From the NCBI GenBank assembly GCA_964016885.1, contig OZ024752.1:41850001-41914000 (forward strand): a stretch of DNA of 64,000 nucleotides, written 5' to 3'. The position numbers and the translations under genes were made by a program. Shown here piece after piece: positions 27,172 through 40,998 of this stretch. This DNA is from Eledone cirrhosa (lineage: Eukaryota). The notes beneath the pieces were generated by a model, which was not told the origin of the DNA, ran no database searches, and saw only the letters and a program-made list of their open reading frames with translations. Each line of letters starts with the position of its first letter. The stretch's first letter is position 1.

Positions 27172-28253
27172 ACACACACATCTACACAAATATATGTTAC
27201 CATATAATCACACATAAATATATATATATATATATAAACACACACACATCTACACAAATATATGTTACCATATAATCACACATAAATATATATATATATA
27301 AACACACACACATCTACACAAATATATGTTACCATATAATCACACATAAATATATATATATATATAAACACACACACATCTACACAAATATATGTTACCA
27401 TATAATCACACATAAATATATATATATATATATATATAAACACACACACATCTACACAAATATATGTTACCATATAATCACACATAAATATATATATATA
27501 TAAACACACACACATCTACACAAATATATGTTACCATATAATCAGACATAAATATATATATATATATATATAAACACACACACATATACACAAATATATG
27601 TTACCATATAATCACATAAATATATATATATATATAAACACACACACATCTACACAAATATATGTTACCATATAATCACATAAATATATATATATATATA
27701 AACACACACACATCTACACAAATATATGTTACCATATAATCACACATAAATATATATATAAACACACACACATCTACACAAATATATGTTACCATATAAT
27801 CACACATAAATATATATATATAAACACACATACATCTACACAAATATATGTTACCATATAATCACATAAATATATATATATATATAAACACACACACATC
27901 TACACAAATATATGTTACCATATAATCACATAAATATATATATATATAAACACACACACATCTACACAAATATATGTTACCATATAATCACATAAATATA
28001 TATATATATATAAACACACACACATCTACACAAATATATGTTACCATATAATCACATAAATATATATATATATATAAACACACACACATCTACACAAATA
28101 TATGTTACCATATAATCACACATAAATATATATATATATATAAACACATACATCTACACAAATATATGTTACCATATAATCACACATAAATATATATATA
28201 TATATATATAAACACACACACATCTACACAAATATATGTTACCATATAATCAC

Positions 28254-28289
<36 letters not shown>

Positions 28290-28352
28290 ACACACACATC
28301 TACACAAATATATGTTACCATATAATCACATAAATATATATATATATATAAA
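25722..28352. repeat. Compound minisatellite (~60-bp unit with variable TA run, roughly 40 units)
   Basis: catctacacaaatatatgttaccatataatcacacataaa(ta)n; interrupted by a retroelement at 25851-26065. Confidence 0.95.
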
Positions 28353-28420
28353 TAGCTTAGAGTTTAGACTCAAAGAGGTCATTTACAATCATTTCAGCTC
28401 TAGGAATCGCTTCTGAGCAG

Positions 28421-28451
<31 letters not shown>

Positions 28452-28759
28452 ATACACACATCTACACAAACATACATTACATATACATTGAAAGTATCAT
28501 ATATCATACACATGCACACACATATAGACACACACACATGCGCACACACACACACACAGCAATTAAGTAACTCGTGTATAACTTCCCGGTAAAAATTTCT
28601 CAGCAACAGCAACAACAACAACACTACCATCAACAACACCAACACCAACAACAACAACAACAACACCACCACCACCAATAACAAAAACAACAACAACAAC
28701 ACCACCACCACCAACAACAACACCAACAATAAGAACAACTGCAACAACAACAATACATC

Positions 28760-28790
<31 letters not shown>

Positions 28791-29609
28791 AACAACAACA
28801 ACTGCAACAACAATACATCCAACAGCAGTAACAACTATTACAACACCACCACCAACAACAACACCACCACCAACGACAACAACAACACCACCACCACCAC
28901 CACAACAACAACACCACCAACAACACCACCACCAACAACACCAACACCACCACAACAACACAACCACCACAACACCACCACAACAACACCACCAACAACA
29001 CCACCAACACCAACACCACCAACACCAACAACACCACCACAACAACACCAACAATAACAACAACATAAAAAAAATATATCATAGAATAGTTTTGGCAGCC
29101 AGAAGCAATATTTCCTACATTTAGGAAACATCTGTAGCCATTTATTTTTTTTTTTTTTTTACTCTGAAAGTATTTTCTGATGGAATTAGATGCAAATGGA
29201 GATGTTGTTGTGGCTGTTGTTGTTGTGGTGGTGATGGTGATGATGATGATGTTTATATTTTTATCATGTTTTTTTTTTGTTTTTTTTTTGTTTGTTTTTT
29301 TAAACATTTTAATTATTGTTTATAGGAATCTGACAGTCTCATAATTTTTTAATGAGAAACAAATGTGTAGATATTACTTTTGAAGGAATACACCTATCTC
29401 ATCTAAGTCTGTGTAGATGTAGATGTTACTAGCAGTGACTACCACTTAGTTATCTGTTGTTACAACTAGAGAATACATCTTCCTTATCTTAGTCCCGCCA
29501 CTATCTTCTGTTATATAGACATGCTTTTCCAGACTGTGCACGTATTCTAAAATAGTGCATATGCATGCTTTATAATCATGTAAACACGCACACACACACA
29601 CACACACAT

Positions 29610-29641
<32 letters not shown>

Positions 29642-29883
29642 CATCATCATCATCATCATCATCACCGTTTTACGTCCGTTCTTCCATGCTAGCATGGGTT
29701 AGACGGGTTGTCCTGTTGTGTGCAGTGTCTGGTCGGCTGACCATGCCTTGCTCATACAGGAACTGATCTGGCTTGATTTCTACAGCTGGATGCCCTTCCT
29801 AACACCAACCTCATTTACAGGGAGTGCTGGGTGCTTTTTCGTGGCGCCTACACGTAAAAATATATATATACAAACACACACAT

Positions 29884-29936
<53 letters not shown>

Positions 29937-30165
29937 CAAACACACACATATATATACGCACACACACACACACACATATATACATACAAACACACACACA
30001 CATATATATATATATACAAACACACACACATACACACACACATATATATATATATATATAGCTATGTTTCAATCAAGGGTAACCAAAGTAAGTAAGGTAC
30101 TCAATACATAGCAGAGTATAAATATTTAATATAGAAATGGCTTCTACAGGATTAGAACTGTTTAT

Positions 30166-30211
<46 letters not shown>

Positions 30212-30296
30212 AAGGGCAGTGCCCCAGCATGGCCTCAGCCGGATGGCTGGAACAGGTAAAAGAGTAAAAGAGTAATATATATATATATATATATAT

Positions 30297-30628
30297 CATT
30301 CATCATCATTTCATTTTACGTCCGCTTTTTCCCTGCTTGCAAGGGTGGGACGGGAACTGATTTTGGCTTGATTTCTACAGCTGGATGCCCTTCCTAACAC
30401 CAACCTCATTTACAGTGAGTGCTTGGTGCTTTTTTGCCGTGGCACCTCCACGACCACTTTGCAGTGGAATGATAGGGACCCCAGTCCCTATCATCTCATT
30501 TCTACAGCTGAGTAAACTGGAGCAATGTGAAATAAAGTGTCTTGCTCAAGGAAACAACACATCACCTGGTCTGAGAATTGAACTCACAACCTTTCGATTG
30601 CAAGGCCAATGCTCTAACCACTAAGCCA
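30297..30628 (-). mobile_element. SINE family 1 (tail A)
   Basis: Near-identical to the 18354 copy. Confidence 0.9.
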
Positions 30629-31477
30629 TATATATGTGTATATATATACATATGTATGTATATATATATATCCTGATGATTTCTTCCTAATGAAAAAGTT
30701 CTAGTCCTGTAGAAGCCATTTCTATATTAAATATATATATATGTGTGTGTGTGTGTGTGTTGTAGGTGGGGGAGGGGTAAATGCTCAGGGTGACAAGAGG
30801 GAGAAAGTCAAGGAAAATTATAGATTCAAACATCTTAAAATAGAATGTTATAATCAAGGATTTATTTAATTACATATTTTTTATCATAAATCCTGACACT
30901 TTTTATGGGTAATATACCAATATAAAATATATATATATTGCATAGACATATAAAGGTATATATATATATATATTCCGACCTCACACACTTACACCTCTCC
31001 AAGACAATGTCACTGGACCGAGAGCTTTGGCGGTACTCAGTAATAGAGAAGACCCGCCTTACCTAAATACAAAGTGAAACCTACTACAGTCAGTAGGCAT
31101 CTCTAACAAAATACACCCCCCGTCCCACCACCCCCACCCCATCCACACCACCCCTTTCAATGTAAAGTTATGTTGGTGCCACACCATCCAGGCCGAAACA
31201 AATGAGATCGTGTAGGTGTCACGACAAAAAACACACAGTCCACGCTGTAATGTGGCCGTGTAGGCAAAACGGTAAAAACCTCCCAGCCCCACACTGTAAA
31301 TGTGGTTGGTGTTAGGAAGGGCATCCAGCTGTAGAAAACCCGCCAGACAGTCCTATGCGAGCAATGACAACCACTCTTGCCTCAAGTGGGAAAACCCCCG
31401 TCCAAACCCATGCAAGCGTGGAACATGGACGTTAAACGATGATGATGATGATGATGATGATATATATATAACGAAGT

Positions 31478-31685
31478 ATAACGAAGGAGGTGTGGTAAGG
31501 AACCAGATGGACCATAATGCACCAGAGTACTCAATACTTAGGGTAGTAGAGTGGCTAATAGGAAAATGTTTGACCCCGACTGCAGAGTTCAAGCCGTTTT
31601 GACGGCTCACGCTAAAAATTTTAATTTAGTCCAGAAATAGCCGTCGAAACGGCTTGAGCTCTGCCGTCGGGGTCAAACATTTTCC
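31478..31685. mobile_element. Same family as 14121, with fold-back
   Basis: Inverted arms 31561-31607 and 31639-31685. Confidence 0.7.
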
Positions 31686-31686
31686 G

Positions 31687-31711
<25 letters not shown>

Positions 31712-31720
<9 letters not shown>

Positions 31721-32082
31721 GTGAGGTTTTTTTTACAAAATGAAAAATAACCGAGGTGTCCTACACGAGTGAAAGTATAAAGAAAAAGAGATGAAATTGA
31801 AAATGCAACTGGAGTCTTATTTTTTTTTTTAAATATATATATTTATTTGGTTCCTTTACCGGTTTCGCAGTTCTTCTGCTTTTCAAAAGGTGAGTTGAGA
31901 TGGAGGGTCTGTGGTTTTTCTCACATCGGCCCTTGTGAGAAAAACCACAGACCCTCCATCTCAACTCACCTTTGAAAAGCAGAAGAACTGCGAAACCGGT
32001 AAAGGAACCAAATAAATATATATATTTGTTTTTTAAAATAAAACTCCAGTTGCATTTTCGATTTCATCTCTTTTTCTTTATA
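31712..32082. mobile_element. Inverted duplication of the 60427 element (~150-bp arms, 8-nt spacer)
   Basis: Arms about 31776-31925 and 31934-32082, each containing the HHR. Confidence 0.8.
31853..31890 (-). ncRNA. Second intact copy of the U3-A8 hammerhead
   Basis: Reverse complement identical to 60589-60626; a third copy at 31969-32005 (+) lacks one T. Confidence 0.75.
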
Positions 32083-32426
32083 TATATATATATATATAAT
32101 GTTCCCGTCCCACCCTTGCAAGCAGGGAAAAGCGGACGTAAAATGAAATGATGAATGTGTGTGTAGAGAGGGGGGGGAGAAAGTAAAACATTACAAGTAA
32201 TTTTATAAATAAATACATATCAAAGGTGAATGGGGGGGGGGGGGGGGGAATCATAACCCCCCACCCCCACCCCCAGCTGGTTTTTATTAATATACAGGGA
32301 GGGGATGTCCAACGGAAGTTGTGAGTATATAACCAACAGTTGTTAAGACCTTGCAAAAAGAAGTTCAATTAATTCCCCAAAGACACTGGATGCCAGAAAA
32401 TTGGTAAATGTTTAGATAATAAAATA

Positions 32427-32513
<87 letters not shown>

Positions 32514-32815
32514 ATACAGCAATATAGACCTAATGTTTACATAATATGTGAGGTATATATATATATATCCATCAATATAGACTTAATGTTTACACAGTGT
32601 GTGAGGTGTGTGTGTATATAATCATCATTTAAGATCTTTTATATCCGATATATATCACATGCTATGTAAACATTAAGTTCTCTTTCTCTTTCTCTTTCTC
32701 TCTCTCTCTCATATATATATGTGTGTATATTTATATATATATATAAATATACTCTTTCTCGATTTCATATATATGTGTATATATATATATATATGTGTAT
32801 ATATATATATATATA

Positions 32816-32846
<31 letters not shown>

Positions 32847-32969
32847 GTGTGTATATATATATATATATGCGTGTATATATATATATATATATGTATATAT
32901 ATGTATATGTGTGTGTATATATATATATGTATATATATATATATGTGTGTGTATATGTATATATATATA

Positions 32970-33016
<47 letters not shown>

Positions 33017-33093
33017 GTGTGTGTGTATATATATATGTGTGTATATATATATATGCGTGTGTGTATATATATATATGTGTGTATATATATATA

Positions 33094-33185
<92 letters not shown>

Positions 33186-33291
33186 CTACACGTTTGTATG
33201 GTTTATGGTGAGCACACTTCCTCTTTTGCCATGTATACTATACTACCATATTCACCAGCATACGTGTGTGGGATGTAGAGATTATATATAA

Positions 33292-33328
<37 letters not shown>

Positions 33329-33480
33329 CATAATAATAATAATATATATTTACATACATACATCTGACAAGGGTGACCCTTTGAATAACAAGTGCAACTC
33401 ATTTTTTTCTAGCTGAGTGACCTGAAGCAATATGAAATAAAGCATCTTGCTCAAGGATGAAACCATGCTTCCTTTGGAAA

Positions 33481-33946
33481 TTAACTCTTTAACATTTACA
33501 TTACTCTATTTACTATTGTATTTTTGTGGTAAAGGCTTTATCTCACATAATTATTTCACATAATATCGAATCTATGAGATTTTGATATTATTTATTTTGA
33601 GAAGGGCGGTGGATTGGCAGTATCGGTAGAGGGTCGGACGCCATGCTTTGCAGCAAAGAGTTATCGCCCTTTATGATCGGAGTTCAAACCCCCCCCCCCC
33701 CCCCCCCGAGGTTAACTTTGCCTTTCATCCTTACGGGGGTCGATAAAATAAAGTACCAGTAATACACTGGGATAATTGCTGGCCTTGTGCCAAAAGTAGA
33801 AACAATTATTTATTTTGAGAACAACATCTTAACGCCAGTCTGAGTGGCCAGTTATGGCCAGTTATGGCCAGTTATGGCCAGTTTGAACAGAAAGCGGTGA
33901 AAGAATTCTGGCCGGATATGGCCGGTTTAAATGCTAAAGGGCTAAA
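33481..33946. mobile_element. Same MITE family with a nested SINE family 2 copy
   Basis: Degenerate TIRs; SINE TSD attatttattttgagaa at 33587-33603 and 33805-33821. Confidence 0.75.
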
Positions 33947-34693
33947 CTCACTATCTTATGATAGTAAGCTAATCATGCTAACCATTAAGCTATAAGCCTT
34001 CACGTGCCTGTAGAGTAAATTAGATGCCAGCTCTGATAGACTTAACCTGTTGAGAAATGATGATGTTCATGAAAAACACTTCATTTTATGCAATCGAATG
34101 CCAAAGAAGTTTATATATACAAACACAGGAAGTTACACCTCATCTCCGCCCTCATCCCTTCTCCGGTTCCCCCAACTCTTCAAAAGGATTTCATTTTTAT
34201 TTTCTTCTTCATCCTCTTTGTTTCTCTATCTTCTTCCTTTTTATTATTAATATCATCATCACCATCATCACCATCATCATCATCATCATCGTTATTATTA
34301 TTATTAGGCAGATTCAGAGTATGGGTGGAGGTACAAAATGTTTTGCGGCATTTTTATTCCAAGTCTTATCCTGCTTTTCATCCTTCTGGGGTCAATAAAA
34401 TAAAGCAACAAAGAAAGTGTTGGGGGTCATTTAATCATTTTAGCCCTCCTCTGAAATTGCTGGCCTTAACAATAGTATATATATATATATATATATAGAT
34501 AGATAGATAGATGAGATTCTACACGACTAGAACTGTTTCCTTCTTTAGAAATCATCAGATATATATACATATATCATTTGTATGCATTAATAATTTTCAT
34601 AATTTAGGGGTTCAATGAGATATGAAAACTATTTCAAGGGTTCCACAATTTAATTATTTTATCCCTCCTCTCAAATGATTGACCTTAACAATA

Positions 34694-34723
<30 letters not shown>

Positions 34724-34726
<3 letters not shown>

Positions 34727-34979
34727 GGAAAAAGTATGACCCCGATGGCAGAGCTCAAGCCGTTTCGACAGCTATTTCTGGACTGAAATAGCCGTCGAAA
34801 CGGCTTGAGCTCTGCCGTTGGGGTCATACTTTTTCCTATTACCCACTCTACTACCCTAAGTATTGAGTACTCTGGTGCGTTATGGTCCATCTGGTTATAT
34901 ATATATATATATAACAAAGGAATTGTGGTAAGGAACCAGATGGACCATAACGCACCAGAGTACTCAATACTTAGGGTAG

Positions 34980-34980
<1 letters not shown>
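34724..34980. mobile_element. Same family as 14121; palindrome plus an inverted partial copy across (TA)n
   Basis: Inverted repeat 34724-34839; tails 34840-34896 (+) and 34912-34980 (-). Confidence 0.7.
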
Positions 34981-35026
<46 letters not shown>

Positions 35027-35184
35027 GTATATATATATATATATATAATTTTTATGTAGGGGTTCACTGAGACACGAAAACTATTTCAAGGGTTCCACAA
35101 GGGTAAAAAGGTTGAGAAACATTGCTCTAGATCTAGACTATGGCTCATATAGTGTAATTAAGCTATCAGAACAAGGAATGAATA

Positions 35185-36725
35185 GAAAGAGTGTTAGAGG
35201 AGAGGATAAGGGGAAAAGTGATACTGGTGAAATGAAGTTGGGATTTATGATAGGAAAAAGAATGACTGAAGCAATTTTTATTGTGAGACAATTACAGGAA
35301 AAGTACAAGTATCATCATCATCATCATCATCATCGCTTTACGTCCGCTTTTCCCTGCTTGCAAGGGTGGGACGGGAACTGATACTGGCTTGATTTCTACA
35401 GCTCGATGCCCTGCCTAACACCAACCTCATTTACAGTGAGTGCTGGGTGCTTTTTTATTGCCGTGGCACCTCCACGACCACTTTGCAGTGGAATGATAGG
35501 GACCCCCAGTCCCTATCATCTCATTTCTACAGCTGAGTAAACTGGAGCAATGTGAAATAAAGTGTCTTGCTCAAGGAAACAACACATCACCCGGTCTGAG
35601 AATTGAACTCACAACCTTTCGATTTCAAGGCCAATGCTCTAACCACTAAGCCATGTGCCTCCATATAAAGTAATAAAGTAATAAAAAAATAATTCTTCCA
35701 TTTAATGGAAGAATTTTTTTTTGTGGGGGGGGGGGGGGGGGGGGTGATTGGAGAAGGTTTTCAATAGGGTTTATGTGAAGTAGTAACATGGCCATTGAGA
35801 GAAAGAGAGTTGAGAGTGGGGGAATGATTGGATAGAGTAGTGATGACAATGTATGAGAAAGCAGGTAGAGTTGTAAAGCTGACTGAGGGGGAACAGTGGC
35901 TAGTTTGAAGTGACAACCAGAGTACATCAGGGATCAGTATTAACCCTTTAATGTTCAAACCGGCCAAAACCGGCCAGCATTCTCTACCTCTTTCTGTTGA
36001 AACTGGCTGTAACTGGTCACTCAAACTGATGTTAAGGTATTGTTCTCAAAATAAATACTTTCAAAATCTCATAGATTCGATATTATGTGAGATAATTATG
36101 TGAGATAAAGCCTTTACCATGAAAATATAATAGTATATATAGAGTATTGTGAATGTTATGTGAGATATTATGTGAGATAAAGCCTTTACCATGAAAATAT
36201 AATAGTATATATAGAGTATTGTGAATGTTATGTGAGATAATTATGTGAGGTAAAGCCTTTACCATGAAAATATAATAGTATATATAGAGTATTGTGAATG
36301 TTATGTGAGATATTATGTGAGATAAATCCTTTACCATGAAAATATAATAGTATATATAGAGTAATGTGAATGTTATGTGAGATATTATGTGAGGTAAAGC
36401 CTTTACCATGAAAATATAATAGTATATATAGAGTAATGTGAATGTTATGTGAGATAATTATGTGAGGTAAAGCCTTTACCATGAAAATACAATAGTATAT
36501 ATAGAGTAATGTGAATGCTAAAGGGTTAAACCCACTACTATTTGTAGTTGTTTTCGAGGTACTGGCCCCTAGTGTAAAGGAGGGCTTACCATATAAGTTA
36601 CTGTATGCAGATCATCTGCTTTTAGTAGCTGGGGGTATAGATGAACTGAGAAGATGAATATGTGGAAGGAATGTATGGAAACGAAAGGTATAACAATGAA
36701 TATTAGAAAGATGAAGGTGATGGTA
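35185..36725 (+). pseudogene. Old RTE reverse-transcriptase remnant split by nested insertions
   Basis: GFMIGKRMTEAIFIVRQLQEKY; DLEKVFNRV; VHQGSVL|NPLLF..GLPYKLLYADHL; interrupted by a SINE (35311-35663) and a TTAA MITE (35944-36525). Confidence 0.8.
35944..36525. mobile_element. piggyBac-type MITE with internal ~58-bp minisatellite
   Basis: TTAA duplicated at 35940-35943 and 36526-36529; TIR CCCTTTA..TAAAGGG; excision restores the RT motif QGSVLNPLLF; tandem array 36083-36517. Confidence 0.85.
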
Positions 36726-38180
36726 AAATGGTGGAGCATTTAGACAAAATGTTTTGCAGTATTTAGTTACGGCTTTTTACATTCTGAGCTCTAGTCCCAG
36801 CAATGTTAAATTTACCTTCCATCCTCTGGGGGATTGGAAAAATGAAATACCAGACAAGTACCGAGATGATATAATCGATTTTCCTCAACCCTCACCCCCC
36901 ACCAAAATTGTTAAGCTTGGGCCTAGATCAGAAACTATTGTTATAGTGGTTTTATTATTATTATAGTGGAAGACTGAAAACTGTTTTGTTTCTCCCCCCC
37001 CCCCCCCACCACCACCACCATCACCACACCCCAATGGTTTGTATATATGTGGTTATACACTCACACTCACACTCACACACAGACACTCACATATGCACAG
37101 AAATACACACACATGTGCATGCACACTCATACATAATACATACATACACACTCAACATACATACATAGATAAATACATACATACACACATACATACATAC
37201 ACACTCATACATACACACTCATACATACATACATACATACACATACACTCATACATACATATATATATACATACACACTACTTACCTGATAACTTACATT
37301 TGAGCACCTCATCACCACCCACCACTGCCATAATCCCCACCGCCATCACTACCCACAACTGACACCACCATCACCACCACCACCACTGACACCACCATCA
37401 CCACCACCACCAGCACCACCATTGCCACTACCGACACCACCACCACCATCACATCACCACCACTGGCACTGACACCACCATCACCACCACCACCACTATC
37501 ATCACCATCACCACCACCACCACCACCACCACCAGCACCACCATTGGCACTGACACCACCACCACCACCACCACTGACACCACCACCATTGCCACTACCG
37601 ACACCACCATCACCACCACCACCACCACTGACACCACCACCACCACCACCACCACCACCACCACAACCACCACCACCACCACTGACACCACCACCACTGC
37701 CACTACCGACACCACCAACACCAACACCACCACTGCCACTGCCACTACCAACACCACCACCACCACTGCCACTACCGACACCACCAACACCAACACCACA
37801 ACAAAAACAAATTTTACTGTCGTCGTTTGCTGGATAATTGAGATCAACGTAGATAAGAATATGGTAAACATGTAATCCCTAGACTGCATGAAGCCACAAA
37901 GATTTGTGAGTAAAAACAAATGTGTGTATGTTTATGCATGTACATGCATATGAATGGCTCTGTGTGTGTGTGTATGCATATAAAAGTGTGTACTTTATAG
38001 AGAATACTATAAATATATCATCATATATTCATCATCATCATCATCATTTAATGTCTATGTTCCACGCTAGCATGGGTTATATATGGTTATATATAAATGC
38101 TATATATGTTTTTGAGCGTGTATAGTACTTTATATATACTAGAATTTTTTTCAACAGTTTCATATGTATATATAAATATA

Positions 38181-38588
38181 TGGAGGCACATGGCTTAGTG
38201 GTTAGAGCATTGACCTTGCAATCGAAAGGTTGTGAGTTCAATTCTCAGACCGGGTGATGTGTTGTTTCCTTGAGCAAGACACTTTATTTCACATTGCTCC
38301 AGTTTACTCAGCTGTAGAAATGAGATGATAGGGACTGGGGTCCCTATCATTCCACTGCAAAGTGGCCGTGGAGGTGCCACGGCAAAAAAGCACCCAGCAC
38401 TCACTGTAAATGAGGTTGGTGTTAGGAAGGGCATCCAGCTGTAGAAATCAAGCCAGAATCAGTTCCCGTATAAGCAAGGCATGGTCAGCCGACCGGACAC
38501 TGCCCACAACAGGACAACCAGTCTAACCCATGCTAGCGTGGAAGAATGAACGTAAAACGGTGATGATGATGATAATGATGATGATGAT
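38181..38588 (+). mobile_element. Full-length tRNA-derived SINE family 1 (tail B)
   Basis: A box TGGCTTAGTGG, B box GAGTTCAATTC, middle domain, RTE-type tail, (TGA)n; minus copy at 9928-10424. Confidence 0.9.
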
Positions 38589-39028
38589 CATGATCATCAT
38601 CATCACTATTTAACGTCTATTTTCCATGCTTGCATGGGTAACCCAGGCTGTCACATTATGAGGCTCAACAGATCAGATGATCATGTTTTGGTCATCTGCT
38701 TTATTTTGGGCTTGGTTCTCTACAGTTGGATGTCTTTCCCAATGCCAACCACCTTACAGTGAGGACTGGATGCTTTTTGTCATGGCACCATTATTACCAC
38801 CTCATGTATAGTTATTGATGTGTGGGCAGTGATTTTCCAGATGCATTGATACTGACTAACAAGTAAACAAAAACTGCTAATGAGATGTATTTATTTCTTG
38901 CCATGGAAGTCAATGAAACCATGTAACAAACAGGAATATGCAAAAGTCCGAAATAACAGCAAATGTGTTTTCATTAACATATTAGTCCTTAGTATAATAC
39001 AGAGTTCATGGAAGGAAAATATTTTGTT

Positions 39029-39326
39029 GGGGGGTTAGACATACTTAGATGTTGTGGAAAGGTGTATTGGAGAGAGACAGAGTAAATGTGTGAATGTAGA
39101 GATGCAAAAGAATGTAGCTGTCACCTTGAAATCTGGTGTATTCACCAACCTATTGGCTTGGCTGTAGCAATGCTAGCGGGGGGTTAGACATACTTAGATG
39201 TTGTGGAAAGGTGTATTGGAGAGAGACAGAGTAAATGTGTAAATGTAGAGATGCAAAAGAATGTAGCTGTCACCTTGAAATCTGGTGTATTCACCAACCT
39301 ATTGGCTTGGCTGTAGCAATGCTAGC
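39029..39326. repeat. 149-bp tandem duplication
   Basis: 39029-39177 vs 39178-39326, one mismatch seen. Confidence 0.95.
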
Positions 39327-39366
39327 CAAAGTTTGGTGCCAAGTATAAGAGAAAACTGATTGGTCT

Positions 39367-39794
39367 TTAACTTTTAGCGTTTACATTATTCTATATTTAC
39401 TATTATATTTTCATGGTAAAGGCTTTACCTCACATAATCATATCACATAATATTGAATATATAAGGGCGGTGGATTGGCAGTATCGGTAGAGGGTCGGAC
39501 GCCATGCTTTGCAGCACAGTTACGTCGCTTTACAGTCTGAGTTCAAATCCCGCCGAGGTTAACTTTGCCTTTCATCCTTACGGGGTCGATAAAATAAAGT
39601 ACCAGTAATGCACTGGGTTATTGCTGGCCTTGTGCCTAAAGTAGAAACAATAATATTGAATATATGAGATTTTGATATTATTTATTTTGAGAACAATACC
39701 TTAACATCAGTATGAGTGGTTGGTTATGACTGGTTTGAACAGAAAAAGGTGAGATTCTGGCCGGATATGGCCGGTTTAAATGCTAAAGGGTTAA
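39367..39794. mobile_element. Same MITE family with an independent nested SINE
   Basis: Ends aatgctaaagggttaa; SINE TSD ataatattgaatatat; a short copy lies at 46151-46316. Confidence 0.75.
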
Positions 39795-39904
39795 AAACCC
39801 ACTAGGTGTCTTCATCAGATTTGACAAATATGGCTTTTTCATACCACAGCAAATTTAACCCAAGGATAATTTCGCTATCATCATCATCATCATCATCATT
39901 TAGC

Positions 39905-40880
39905 ATGTGGTGTGCACGTGTGTGTGTGTGGTGTGTGTGTGAGTGGTGTGTGTGTGGTGTGGTGTGTATGTGTATGGTGGAGTGTGGTGTGATGTGGTAT
40001 ATGTGTGTGTGGTGTGTATGTGTGTGGTGGAGTGTGGTGTGATGTGGTGTGGTATATGTGTGTGTTTGGTGTGTCTGGTGTGGTGTGTGTGTGTAGTGTG
40101 TCTGGTGTGGTATGTGTGGTATGCATGTGTGTGTGTGTGTGTGTGTGTGGTATAGTGTGGTGCGGTGTGGTGTGGTGTGGTATATGTGTGTGTGTTTGGT
40201 GTGTCTGGTATCGTATATGTGTGTGTGTGTGTGGTGTGGTTTGTGTGTGTATGTGGTGTGTGTGGTGTGGTTTGTGTGTGTATGTGGTGTGTGATATGTG
40301 TGTGTGGCGTGCTGCATGTGTGGTGTGGTGTGGTGTGTGATATGTGTGTGTGGCGTGCTGCATGTGTGGTGCGGTGTGGTGTGGTACATGTGTGTGTATG
40401 TGTGGTATAGTGCTGTATGTGTGTGTGTGATATATGTGTGTGGTGTAGTGTGTGGTGTGGCATGTGTGGGTGGTGTGGTGTGTGGTGTGGTATGTGTGTG
40501 TGGTGTGGTATGTGTGTGTGTGGTGTGGTGTGTGTGTGTGGTATGTGTGTGGTGTGTGGTGTGGTATGTGTGTGTGGTGTGGTATGTGTGTGTGTGGTGT
40601 GGTGTGTGTGTGTGGTATATGTGTGTGGTGTGTGGTGTGGTATGTGTGTGTGGTGTGGTATGTGTGTGTGGTGTGTGGTGTGTGTGGTGTGGTGTGTATG
40701 TGTGGTATAGTGCTGTATGTGTGTGTGGTATGTGAGTGTGTGTAGTGTGGTATATGTGTGTGTGGTGTGGTATATGAGTGTGTGGTGTGGTATGTGTGTG
40801 TGTGGTGTGGTATATGTGTGTGTGGTGTGGTATGTGTGTGTGTGGTGTGTGGTATGTGTGTGGTGTGTGTGTGTGTGTAT
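39905..40880. repeat. (GT)n/(GTG)n compound repeat
   Basis: Direct inspection. Confidence 0.95.
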
Positions 40881-40956
40881 GACTGAGCTTTTGACACAAT
40901 AACAGAAAGGTGGACTAAAGATCAATAATCCAAAATCAAAGATCAACTAACCTTAC

Positions 40957-40998
40957 CTAGCTCAACATCAGCCATATGTGTCAACCAACTAGTTGACA
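40957..40998 (-). CDS. Probable start-codon exon (42 nt; ATG at 40975-40973, MADVEL)
   Basis: Acceptor ttttgttgaattaatgtttAG, donor TAG|GTAAGG; ends in phase 1 and joins 10443-10493 as MADVEL-D-LRPP; short unique island between GT and CT arrays. Confidence 0.55.

Noticed and set aside
37818-37878. Possible small minus-strand exon
   Set aside because: Weak splice signals and no convincing fit with the phase-1 exon chain
38181-38255. tRNA gene
   Set aside because: A and B boxes belong to SINE heads; no convincing cloverleaf or poly-T terminator
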